A stretch of 64,000 nt of DNA from Camelus ferus (taxonomy: Eukaryota), in the NCBI RefSeq assembly GCF_009834535.1, contig NC_045697.1, forward strand, positions 45,634,001-45,698,000. The letters are read 5' to 3'. Made by a program: the position numbers and the translations under genes. The notes below the pieces were generated by a model. It was not told where the DNA came from and did not search any database. It saw only the letters and a list, made by a program, of their open reading frames with translations. Position 1 is the stretch's first letter, and each line of letters starts with the position of its first letter. Shown here one piece after another: positions 37,631 to 50,250 of the stretch.

Positions 37631-38344
37631 GACCAGCTGGGAGCAGGTGTGCTGCTTTCTCATTTTAGCTTTCACCAGAGGAATACATCCTCTGCCTGGT
37701 TCTGAGGCATTTCTCTTCTTCAGAAGTTTGTTTGTATAATTTTTTTCCAAAAGTGAGGGAGGGGGGTTACTATTAAGGGAGTTAAGAATCATTCATGTGA
37801 TTTTGAACTATTTTGTTTTTCAAATCTATTACTCACAGTTGAATAAAAAGAAAGAAACATATTTTAAAATGTAAAACCTTTTCCTCCTCAACTTACATTT
37901 TCCATGACCCAAGAATAAGCATGGAGCTTTCTTATCAAGATTGCTCTATGATGAATTTCCAAATACCACTTAATACATGGCAAGGTTTCCGGTTTACTTA
38001 CTAGGCTCATTCAACGAAAAGTGTGTCAAGTTTCACGCAAAAACAATTTCTACTGAAGGAATTGCTAATTTGTGGAAATGACTTAGCATAATGTTTTATG
38101 ATAAATCACTTCTGTGATCATCTATGCCATCCTTCCCCAATAATATTGCAGACCCTATTCACTACCTTTAAAGGGATGTGGTAAAGTTAAAAGTGGTTCA
38201 GGGTTATTAGTCTGGGAATCTTTTAATTGGTTTAATTGCTTAAAATATTTCTCTCTGCCTAATGACCTATGTTATACCAAATGACAGCTCATATCATTTG
38301 AGAAGTTGTTATTTATTATATTCTTAAAATCTGTAATCTATCAT

Positions 38345-38845
38345 AAACATCTTCATTCATTCATTTACTCACTCATTGCCAAGCAGTGTGTCAGGCAAGG
38401 CAAAGGGATGCAAAGAGAGCCCACTCTCTGCCCACCTATTGCACTGATCCATAGTGTCCACAGGTATCCTTTAAAAACTCGAGTCAGAGATCACATCGCC
38501 CCTCTGCCTAAAACCGAGCCACACCTCTTCACCCCTGCCCTCTTCTGCCCCGGGCTACTCCATCAACAATGGTCTTCTTGAGGCTCCTCAAACACACCAG
38601 GCACCAGCTCCCAACTTCCTGTTCTACAAAGTATAGCTGCATATTTCTTTATTATCTCCATGGTATTTATCTCCCGATCTGATTCTGTTCTCATTAATCT
38701 CTAGCTTTGGTCTAATCTCTTGTCTATTTTAAGTTTCATGAGGTCAGAGCTTTTTGTTGTTTCCCTCTAGTATCCCCTGGGTTTGGAATAGTCTTTTCAT
38801 ATAGCAGAATCTCAATAAATATTTGTTCAGTAACTCAATGAACAC
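38345..38845 (+). mobile_element. L2 fragments
   Basis: gtcagagatcacatcgcccctctgcctaaaacc; atagcagaatctcaataaatatttgttca. Confidence 0.7.
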
Positions 38846-40300
38846 ATCAATACCTGGGCTTTAGTCTATTTAGAAAGAGAGATATGTGAATAAATCATCC
38901 TAATATCATAAATCTTCAGTGCAATGATAAAGATGTTATAGTGGTCACATGCCTGTCTATATTTATTAAAATGTGAATTTACTGAAGTGTAAATCCGCAT
39001 GCTATTAAGGGAGTGTTTAGAAGTCAAGAGAAGCATCGTTTGTTTCAAGCTTTATTATATTACTAATATTTCTTTTGGCTCCTGTGATACAGCCACTTTC
39101 ATCTGTAATTCTCTTATCACTTTTCAAATTGTCTGAAGGCCAAAAAAGAAAAAAAAGTGGGGGGGGGGGAATAAAAGAAAGAAACTAAGGGAAAAAAGAA
39201 AGAGAGGAAAAAACCGTACTTTCCAAAAATTTTCAGCTGGTTCTCAAGAACTTTGGCTAGTTAGTCTTTGGAGTTAGTCTTAGGAAAACTCCTCAGGCTT
39301 TGTCCATGAGAATGGAGCCTTTTAAAAGGTCCCTAAAATAGTAGGAGCCTGGTGTTGACAACATTGTTGTATTTGCTTTTGTCAGTTTTATACTGACACT
39401 CACAGGACTTGCTCACGCTAGAAGCTTTTTTGGATTTTATGAGTTGGGATGTTTCCCCATAGATTTTTTCAGTTTAGGTAAATAGAAAAGAAATGATAAA
39501 GGTCAGTGTTCGCAGAGATTGTTCTTGTAGCCTGGAAATGAATAATTGTGTTGCTCCCTTACTTATTCTTATTGAGATCATAAGTTACAGCAATTTCCTC
39601 CTCTCTACCAGTTAGCTATTTTTTAAATTTTTACTTGTCTAGACATCAAGTTAATTTTGGCCACCCCCCTGGTTTATTTGACCTGAAAACTTACTTGTTT
39701 CTTGTGAACTTGGTCAGTTGATTAGTATGAATTCATTCTCTCGACAGTCTCCCAAATCTACCAGGTGATTTGACCTCTTCCTTCAACTAACACACTCTTA
39801 ACACTCCTAACTTAAGTCCTGGGTTCTTGCACTCTCTGGTGAGGCTTGCCTTTAGTCAGTATTTTCACACAAGGCTGTTCTAAAACCCTCCTGTGACTTT
39901 TCTGAAGCCCACAGAAAGTTTGTTTTTACTCCCTGAATTTTTTGTTGCCTACTTGAAGCCCTCACAAATCCTACATAGCTGCTTCTGCTAGCTGAGGACT
40001 GACTGCTCAAATATTATCATTCTCAGCTCTCTCTTGCCATACATGAAATCATTTTCATATACAGTGACTTCCTAATATACTTAAGTCAAAGAAAATCATA
40101 TCCCTCCAGCTCTCCTCATATTGCACATGTCCACCAGTTCTTCTAAGCAGTCATCTGTCTCACTCGGAATTACATGCACACACTTTCCCAACCTGGCTTA
40201 TGACACTGTGAAGTGAAAGCATTTTGGTTACCCTCACAGGCCACTTCCTGTTAAGAGAAAACCTCTTGCTTCAGTGTGCTTCAGTAATTACGGTGTTTTC

Positions 40301-40324
40301 TTCCTTCCTTCCTTCCTTCCTTCC
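40301..40324 (+). repeat. (TTCC)6 microsatellite
   Basis: Read directly. Confidence 0.95.
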
Positions 40325-42231
40325 AAGATTTTTACTGAATGAGTTTTATTTAATTTAATTGAATCATACCATAATGACCTAATAAGCCGAAATTTAAAAG
40401 AGGGGTAAAAGCATTTCAGAATAGGCAATATGAAGCCTGAGGGAGAGGAAGGAGCAGAGAGAAGGGATGGGTCCTCAGCCACCATTTTCCAGGACAGTAT
40501 GTAACACCGTTTGGTTTGGTGGAACAGATTTTTTTTATGGGTATTGTATTTCCCAATCCCAAATCAGGGATTACTAGGTCGTTATTATTGTTGCTGTTGT
40601 TGTTTTAATAAAAATTATATGTATTTAAGGTGTACAACATGATTTGATATACATATGCCCAGTGTTTTCAGTTCCTTATGTCAAACTGTAACCAAGGCTC
40701 TCCAAATCTCTGTTCTAATAGCTCTTTGATTTGCTTTTCCCAATTTCAGCAAATTATTATACATTGAGATTCCTGTTTTTTTTTTTTTTGGTTGGTGAAA
40801 ATGACTTCATACAATAGTTCCTTATATGTCCTTGAAAGAATGTAAGAATGTAAGAGAATCTAATGACATGTTAAAGAGAAGCATATGAAGTCTGCAGCTG
40901 AACTTTACTATTCTATTACCAGCTAAGATGTCAGCTAGAGCAATGGAACCGAATATAATATAATAGACATAAGTACACATAAAAGAATTTAGTATATAAA
41001 AAAGTAATGTTTCAAAACAGTGGTGAAATAACAGTTTACTCAATAAAAGCTATTGGAAAAAACTGACAAACTATTTGGACCCAAACAAAAGAAAATTTAA
41101 AAATAGTTACTTTCTAAAATCAATATAGATTGCATATAGATTAAAGATAAAATATAAAAGGAAAACTATAAAAGTGCTAGAAGAAATAATGGACTCATAT
41201 TCACACAATTCATAAGTGATATACATATCAAAACCCCAATTTATTAACTTTTATTGAGGTATATAACTGACAAGAGGATAAAAATGTTGTCTTGGCTGAC
41301 AGAACATTCTCTACTAAGTTGGAAAAAATCTCCTTGTGAAACCAAATTGATACCAGAAGTTTTCTTGATTTATATGGCATCGGGAAAAAAAAGTGACAGT
41401 GCTAAAAGATACCTGCTTTCAAATTGAGATAGTCTCATTACACCATTTTCTATATTAGAAGGATTCATTTTCCTTTACTGCTGAAAGTTCACTGATCATT
41501 TTTTCTGTTTTTTTCTATACTTAATGTAGATTCTACATTTTATTTTATCTTTCTTATAGTTTACATGTTGATTCTAAATTTGGAAGAATCTTAACCACAA
41601 TCATTCACAAATCATTTGCAGAGTGAGTTGCTCCTGTAGAAATTTTGCATATGTTTATATGAATTATTATTACAAAGAGGGTGTCTTTTTTTCCTTTAAA
41701 CCCTATCTCTAATTCTGATGTACTGTACTAATTCATTGACTTTACAAGTGGCTCTTCAGAAATGGTTTGTCAGATAGGCATTTTATGATTACATATGTAA
41801 TAATTATCTGAATTTAAAAGGTTTTTTATTGATAGAATTATCTTTGGAAAGTAGTAAAATATTTCTTAATTTTAATTTTATAAGTATTGTAAAAAATATT
41901 ATATTGGTAAAAAGTATTCACTGCAGTTTTCCATCCCCACACCCAAACCTAGTCCAATTCCTACCTCAGAGGGAGCCATTGCTAAGAATTCGATGTATAC
42001 CTTTTTAACTCTTTACCTGTGCATTTATATTTATACATCTGTACTGTACACAATGTTGCAAACATTGAGATTGTTGCAACATTGCAAACTGAGATCATAA
42101 TTCATATAGTGTTCTGCTACTTGCTAAATTTTATTTTTATAATTGACTTGGAGAACATTGTAGGACTCCACAGTATGCTTATAACAAACTGATGGATACA
42201 GTGCCTATTTTAATAGAAAATGTTTTCAGTT

Positions 42232-43266
42232 GCTACATGCAAAAGACTGAAATGAGAACATTCTCTAACACCATGTACAAAAATAAACTCAAAATGGATA
42301 AAAGACTTAAATGTAAGACGAGATACTATAAAACTCCTAGAGGAAAACATAGGCAGAACACTCACGGACATACATTACAGCAATGTATTTTTTGAACCAG
42401 CTTCCAGAGTATTGGAAATAAAAGCAAAAATAAACAAATGGGATCTAATTAAACTTAAAAGCTTTTGCACAGCTAAGGATACCATCAACAAAATGAAAAG
42501 TCAACCTACAGATTGGGAGAAAATATTTGCAAATGATGTACCTGACAAGGGACTAATTGCCAAAATACACAAACAGCTCACACATCTTAATATCAAAGAA
42601 GCAAGCAACCCAATCCAAAAATGGACAGAAGACCTAAACAAGCAGTTCTCCAATGAAGACATACAAATGGCCAATAGGCACTTTAAAAAATGCTCAGCAT
42701 CACTAATTGTCAGAGAAATGCAGATCAAAACTACAATGAGATACCACTTCACACCAGCCAGAATGGCCATCATTGAAAAGTCTACAAATGATAGATGCTG
42801 GAGAGGGCGTGAAGAAAAGAGAAACCTCCTACACTGTTGGTGGGAGTGTAGATTGTTGCAGCCACTATGGAGGACAGTATGGAAGTTCCTTAAAAGACTG
42901 AAAACAGACTTACCACGTGATCTAGCAGTCCCACTCCTGAGCATATATCCAGAGAAAAATAAAATTCAGAAAGACACATGCACCCCAGTATTCATAGCAG
43001 CACTGTTTATGATAGCCACGACGTGGAAACAACCCAAATGTCCATCAACAGATGACTGGATAAAGAAGATGTGGTACATTTTTACAATGGAACAGTACTC
43101 AGCCATGAAAAAGAATAAAATAATGCCATTTGCAGCAATATGGATGGACCTGAAGATTGTCATTCTAAGTGAAGTGGGCTGGAAAGAGAAAGAAGAATGA
43201 CATCATTTATATGAAGAATATAAAAAATAATAACAATAATAATAAGGACACAAATGAACTAATTAC
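42232..43266 (+). mobile_element. L1 ORF2 C-terminal fragment, truncated at both ends; 262-codon open frame at 42412-43200
   Basis: [21 protein letters not shown]...[18 protein letters not shown]...[18 protein letters not shown]. It ends early in the 3' UTR (gacacaaatgaact) without poly(A). Confidence 0.93.
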
Positions 43267-43935
43267 TATTTTGCTTTTTTGAATACGTGTAAGCACATTT
43301 GACTGTCCTTTATGATTGGATTACCACATTCTGTTGATTCTTATTTTATGATTAGCTTTATTCCTTTGATAACTATGTAAGTTAAAAAAGCTAAAGATAT
43401 AATCTGTTCTTAGAAATAATAATTAGTACATATATGAAAACTAAAAAAGTGCAGTATATTGTATATATTATTTACATGCAATATAATGTATATGTGCAAT
43501 CGAACTGTAATAATTCTACATAATAAAAATTAAAATAAAAAAACTTATTGTGATTAGCAATGTTTGCTACCTTATTTTTCCTGACATCTTATTAATTTTT
43601 AAACTAATGCCTCATTATTCAGTATCACCGTTTATTTAGTTCGATGTCTTCCTCTTTCTTGTGTTTATTCCTTTTATTATTTCAACTTTCCTATATAATT
43701 ATTATAAACAATTAGAATAGAAAAAGTCTGTAGTTAACGACTTATGAGACCTGACTCAAAATTATTTTCAATATTGGGAATTTCTTTTCTTTTATTTCTT
43801 TGTTTATTTCTCCCTCTGCATTTTCTCAGTCCTATCCTTCTAGAACTTCTATTAGACAAATGGTGGAATTCATAAATTTATCTTTTGCACTTTGGCTTTT
43901 CCTTCCATATCCAGGTCTTTTTGTGTTACATTTTA

Positions 43936-44071
43936 TCCTATTATTTTTTTGAGGGGTGGGGAGAGGTAATAAGCTTTACTTATTTATTTTTCGAGGAGGT
44001 ACTGGGGATTGAACCCAGGACCCTGTGCATGCTAAGCATGCCCTCTACCACTTGAGCTATACCCTCTCCTC
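43936..44071 (-). mobile_element. tRNA-Ala-derived camelid SINE (vic-1-like) with a perfect 15-bp TSD
   Basis: Minus strand gaggagagggtatagctcaagtggtagagggcatgcttagcatgcacagggtcctgggttcaatccccagtacctcc with A box, B box, AGC anticodon-like loop and A-rich tail. TSD ttgtgttacatttta at 43921-43935 and 44072-44086. Confidence 0.9.
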
Positions 44072-44191
44072 TTGTGTTACATTTTAGAGATTACTTTAGT
44101 TTGATCTTTCAGCTCATTAATTCAATCTTCAAAATACATCTATGTGGTGCTTTAACCCATATACACGAAACAGTCTTATTTAGATGATCAC

Positions 44192-44830
44192 ATATATCAC
44201 TCAGGGTTCCAGTTGCCGTCTGGTTAGATTAGATAGGAAAGTTTTAATAAATTAAGTTAGATGTTTACAAAATCATCTGCAGGTCAGGAGGAGCATTCTG
44301 TAATTGGGAAGTCCTGGAACAACTCCCAGAACATGACAGGCTTGGCCAGGCTGAGGGCTGCTACTTCCGCTACTACAACGATGGCTGGCTCCCGGTCTAA
44401 GGGCCTCAGCCCCGGTCCAGTGATAGGGTGCCATGACATTACATCCTGCTGGCTATAGACCATCCTGTCTCAGTTCTGACATGTACCAGTAAACAGATGT
44501 CACATGCTGCTTCTAAATGCCTCTGAAGCCAGAGGACAGACACTTGGAACTTGGCTAGAGCTGCCTCAGAAAAGCCAAATGCCTCCCTGATTGTACTTGC
44601 CTGCAGACACAACAGAAGCAGTTCAAGTGTGGTCTCCACCTCGGCATGTTCATTTCTGCCTCCCAAACCTCACACACAGCGTTCTCCTAAGAAGCAAGCT
44701 AGGTCCCACACAGATGCCAAGAGGGAAAGGTGTTTGAGAAAGACAGACTTCCCAGTCTCTAGTGTGCAATAGGGTAAGCTACAAAGGAGCTGCGAGAGTT
44801 GAGAGAGGAAATCTGAGGCATTTGCTACAT
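44192..44830 (-). mobile_element. Old MaLR LTR (MLT1K-O-like)
   Basis: Terminus tatatcactcagggttccagttgc, followed by a GC-richer block of about 630 bp. Confidence 0.5.
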
Positions 44831-45142
44831 TGTATTTTTAATTTTACAAATCTATTATTTATTATTTCTTTCTTTCTTAGTAACAACTATATTGTGTAGG
44901 TGCAATATCTTCTCAACTCTAAGTACACTAAATGCCAGTTTTAAAGTTTTCCTCTGTTTTCACTATTAACTCTTTTTTGGTTGCTAATTCTTCTGTTGAG
45001 CTTGGCACTTCTCTTTGGCTTTTGGTTTTCACCAAATGTTTAGCAAGTTTGGTTTGTTTGTTCATATTTGTACTTGCTAATTCCAGTTTGCCTTTGGGCA
45101 ATGTACGTGCTGATCGCATTGGCCTACTTCTTCTGACTGAGG

Positions 45143-45168
45143 GTGTGTGTGTGTGTGTGTGTGTGTGT
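45143..45168 (+). repeat. (GT)13 microsatellite
   Basis: Read directly. Confidence 0.95.
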
Positions 45169-48100
45169 ACAGGATATTACCTATTTGAGATGAATGGGTG
45201 TCATGTCTTCTAGACGTCACATGTCTTGGGGCACTGTCCTGATATCTGGATCACACTTTTCAATGCAGAACTTATTCTATCAGCAAATCTTGTTCCTTAA
45301 CTTTTTTTTTCTCCTTTGACGGTCCTTATGGAGATAAGAGGTTACTTCAGGCTTTGCCCTGCTTATTTTTCTAGTGTCAATATTCACCTAGGAGTTGCTC
45401 TCAGCCAAACTGTTTAATTTTTTGAGAAAGCAAAAGAAGATTTTTTAAAAATTTCATTTGAAATTAATAGCTGAAAGCAAGTAAAAATAACAAATTTTGC
45501 TAAAAATTCCCAGGAAGTATTTTAATTAACCACATATATAGAGGTTAACCTAGTTGGGGACATTAAAAATTACTCCCAAATTACAAAGAATCTTAGGAAA
45601 AAAATCATAGGAACACAAAACTCACTGGAGAGTTGATTTCTTACTTATTTTTCTTTGGAATGTGTGTTTCAGCTCAAGCATTCTCCTTTCATTGAAACTA
45701 TCTAAAGGCCTTCAAAATCCACTATAAACATGAAAAAAATGCCTCTGTATGGGTTTACTAATGACATGATGTCGCTCATGTCCATCTGGGTTTGATACCA
45801 AATGCCAACACCAAGTCCACTTTCAGAGCATGAAATAGGCACGTGCTTTTAACAAGTTTGGGGGGTTGCTGAGGAACATGTGTAGATGTCTCAACAACAT
45901 TTTAAAAGGAAAGGACATCATTAGCTCCCTTGTTTAAGAGAAATGGTGAAGTGTAATTGAATTCAACTTGTTCAAACACACTTTACAAAGCTTTGAGTAG
46001 TAGAGGTTTGCTTCTTAGAGTTCTGGGACAGAGCAGTGACAGAAGACAGAAAAAGAAAAAGAATTATGCTAAGTTAAACTTTCCAGTACTTTTGAAAGGC
46101 AGCTCACGTATAAGCAGTCGCAGCAGACTGAAATATGTAGAATAAGGTGCACTGACTTTAACATAATTAGTTAGAAAAGAGAAAAGAAACAAGATCAAAT
46201 GCAGTCTATCTTTACTCAGCAATAATCATACATTCAGACAAACTGATCAAACTGATTTTACAATAAGCTAAGGACTTTGCAAATACTCCTTCAAATTTGC
46301 TTTTTTTTCCCCTGGGTAAGAAATTATACCAAATTTTTGGCTGCATTGGGTTTGGCTTCAAATCTATGCTAGTATTTCTGACAATGATTTGACAATATTA
46401 TTTTTATTTGCTTTACTCATAAGTCTTATGACACTCGCTATGGCTACTCCACAGAAGCTCCTCCCCCAATAGATGTTTCAATGAACTCTAGTTTACTAAA
46501 CTTCTGAATTCTATGTGAATTAAATCGAAGTCCTGATTCATGTAAGTTCTGTCTCATTTGGTACAGATATAGTGGATGAGCCATAGGTTTTATTCACAAG
46601 CCCAGAAGGTTGTTATTTAGAAAAGATACCTACTTCCAATAAGTATATTAGAAGAAACAGAAGATGTCCTTTCTGAAACACACAGAACTACTTTGCCCCA
46701 TTGCTTGCTATCCTATATACAATTATTCTTAATTTTCACAAAAATGAAGAATTTACTATAGTTTTAAGAATAAACTTCTAAACAACGGAAAATTCCTTTG
46801 CTCATGGAAACCTGCCTTTCATAAATCTAGATGTTGAGTGATAGAAAACTGCATCTCAATTTATTATGCCAAAAACTCAAGATAATTTTTTTCATCTATT
46901 TAATGACAATCTAAACTTTGATGATGTAAACCTTTTCCTCTGTGTTAATAGGTGTACTTTAATTAAGTATTTACATGCATATCAACATTTGTGCATATAG
47001 GCAGAATAAACATTTGTATGTTTTCTGGATACTATAATTTAATGTGTGATGGTAGCTTTTCACATTAGTCTTACAAAGTAGTCAGTTATTTAAACTTTTA
47101 AAGCAACACAGTTTTCTCCTCTACTTTAACTTTTCTGAAAGTTGATTAATAGAATAGTGTGATCAAAAATAACACTTCATGTGAACATGTCAATAATTTC
47201 TTAAAGAAATGCCTGAAGACTTCAGTGAGTATGCCTATAAATAAATAAAATAATGATATTGTTAGACCCAAATGTAAAACATGAAACCAACATACATTAT
47301 AATAATACAGAGGTCTCAACCGTATTGTAGCCAGTCTTTAGGATAAAGTGGCCTGAAAATTATTTATGTAAATTATGATTAACCAAAGTATTTCCTTTGT
47401 AGCTATTCCATTTTTAATACTAATGTTCTGTTTTCCCTCAGTGAAAGTTTGTATCAGTTTGAAAACAGTATAACAACTATTCCTGTTCTTTTGACCATGT
47501 TGGCTGTCTGCACTGGACTGCAAGGTCCAGATTAGACTGTACGGCTCTAAAGGTTTTTCAAGCCCTACGTAGTACCTTGAAAATAGCAGGTGGTTCAACA
47601 AATACTTACTAACTAAATAAACAGAATAAATGCAAGCTACTTTTCGTGATAGATTTTAGTGTTTCCACCACTTTTTACAGCCTCCTTCTTCAGTTTGTCA
47701 TCTGGGAAGGTTTCCTTGCTCAATTTAAGACAAGGAAGAGGACTCTCTTGTGTAATATGTAACCCCTCCACACACAAATTTCTGTCAAGACATTTGTCAC
47801 CTGTACTTGAATAGTGTCAGCACATCCACCCACCTCTGCAATTTTGTGGGAGGCAGGGACCGTGTGCAGAGAAGCTTATGACACATAATAGGTGATCAAT
47901 ACATGTTGAGGCAAAAAGAAAAAAAATCAAAGCAATCATAAAGCAGTTCCTTCCAGCTGTGACTCGTTGGTCCACTCATCTCACTGGGTACAGATGACAG
48001 ACACATACTAGCCACCTTTTTTACAAACTTCATTTTTGGAATTTTGGAAGGTGTATGACTACATTACTGGCTTATTAAAAAGAGCCTTCATCTCCCCATG

Positions 48101-49349
48101 TTGAAACTACATGGCTGCTACTGCAATCCCCTCTCACATAACCTTTCTGTTTTTCAGCTACTTCATATATTGCACTTTAATGTATTTATCACCTCCCATA
48201 ATCCTGCCTTAGTCTAGATTTTTTTAATTCCCTGATTCTTTCCAAATTTCGGCCACTATGTTTCGTTCTGCTTTGTATCTGCTCTCCCTTTTAATCCATG
48301 TCTGGCTCCGGGCCTTTGGTTTACACCAAGATTAACCTCTCAAGTCTGAAGTACCAGATGCCTTATCTTCAATCTTTGAAGTTCTTTACAACCAGCTCTC
48401 TAGTAATGCAGCTTCTCAACTCACTGCCCTTTGAATACAAGTGGACACAACTGACCCAGTGTTGGTAGGTCACTTCTCTTAGTGACCACAAATTTGTGAG
48501 TTTAGCCAGCTGTGGCAAAGGGGACAGTCTGAGCTGCAAAACTAACCAGGCCATAAGGAGATCAAACCCATGGTCTTAGTTGTGGTCCTTGAAGCACTAA
48601 TTATTAACAGCTCAGTGAAACAGTCACCAATACAACTGCCATATTAACTTAAATGGCAAATTTGGGTTACATGCTCTCAAGCATGCAAACTTTTTCATCT
48701 AATGAATTTACATGAGGAAAAAATATTATCATAGCTGATCACAATGTATACAATTAAGTCATGTGTTAAGGAATAGCTACACTATCATGGCCATGTATTA
48801 CATATAGAACTTGTGTTTGTTTTGGGAATATATCATATGTTTACAATTGATATTGGATCATATGCTTCTGGTTCTCAACATGACATGATATCACTGCAAA
48901 GGTATTTAAATATACATTTTGTATATTTTAAATGTATTATTTGTATACTAAAATATCTTGGTAAAATATGATTGCAATTTAAGTGAATTGTTTTTATGGC
49001 AGCTTTTTCAATAAATGTAGAGAACCATATTATTCATAATGTTCAGAGGTGATTTAATTCAATCAATTAACATTTATTATAGCCTACGGTATTAAAATGG
49101 CTATAAGGGATATAAAAATGTGCAGGGATCAGGTTTCAACCTTATGAAGTTTATAGCCCTTCTGTGGAACCAAGACATACACATGTGCAAAGGTAAGAAG
49201 GGAAGACAAGACAGGAACCAAGTAAGTGGGTTCAGTGAAGGTTCAGAACAGAGAGCATTTGTGTCAGGCTGGAGTGATGGAGTCAGCAAAGGTTTCACTG
49301 CATAGGTGGGAACAGAACTGAGATTTGAAAGACGGATAGAATGATGCTT

Positions 49350-49797
49350 ACACAGTTGATTCCTGAGGCTGTCATAACAAATTACCACAAACTGATGGCT
49401 CAAAGCAACAGGAATTGATCACAGTTCTGGAGGCTAGAAGTCCAAAAATCAAGGTGTGGGCAGGGTTGGCTCCTCCTGGGGGCTCTAAGTGAGAAAGCAT
49501 CCCGTGCTTCCCTCCTAGCTTCTGGTATTGCAGTGACCCTTGGTGTTCCTTGGCTCGCAGATGCATCCCTCTGATCTTTCCCTGTCTTCACATGGCCCTC
49601 TTCTTGGTGTCTTTCTGTGCCCTCTCTCCTTAGGAGGACACCACACAACAGATTTAGGGCTAACTATAAATCTAAGATGATCTTATCTTAAGATTCTCAA
49701 AAGATTACATCTTCAAAGCTACTGTTTCCAAATAAGGTCATATTCTGAGGTTCGGGATGAACATGAATTTTGAGGGGACATTATTCAACCCACTGCA
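49350..49797 (-). mobile_element. MLT1C-like MaLR solo LTR, near full length, next to an L2 fragment (about 49055-49345)
   Basis: ggctgtcataacaaattaccacaaact...cacagttctggaggctagaagtccaaaaatcaaggtg...tttccaaataaggtcatattctgagg...attcaacccactgca. Confidence 0.9.
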
Positions 49798-50009
49798 GGT
49801 GGCTAGGGAGTGCTCACAGAGGTAGAGGACTTTGATAAAATTCCTTCAAGGACAGGGTAAGTGACAAGTAAGTTATCAGACATCAAGATCAGTCTTAAAA
49901 ATATGCAAATTCAAAAAACAGTTATTATCATGGCTTGCCAGATAATACTCTTCTGGAGGAAAGATTCAACCAGAGGATACCCGGTGTGTTTCCTCCAATA
50001 AACAACAAC

Positions 50010-50250
50010 AATAAAATAGCTCTCAATTTGTGAGTGCTTACTATGTGCCAGGCACTGTGTTCTAGTGTTTTACTAGTTTATTAAGATGTTGAAGTTTCAG
50101 CAAGACCCTTAAATGCAGGTAAAATTATTAGAGCCACTTTGTAGATGAAGATACTGAGCCCCTGAGTTGTTATACCACTGGCTCCCAGTCATGTGGCTAG
50201 TAAGTAATGTGACTGGACCTCAAACCCAGACAGTCTGAATTCAGTATTTC
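50010..50250 (-). mobile_element. MIR, near full length
   Basis: gagtgcttactatgtgccaggcactgtg...tttgtagatgaagatactgag...tcaaacccagacagtctga. Confidence 0.85.

Noticed and set aside
42501..42944. 147-aa minus-strand ORF, and similar ones at 14384, 26963-27790 and 34483
   Set aside because: These are antisense frames of L1 ORF2, a common artefact.
43990..44066. tRNA-Ala gene
   Set aside because: It has an A-rich tail, a TSD and imperfect stems, so it is a SINE.
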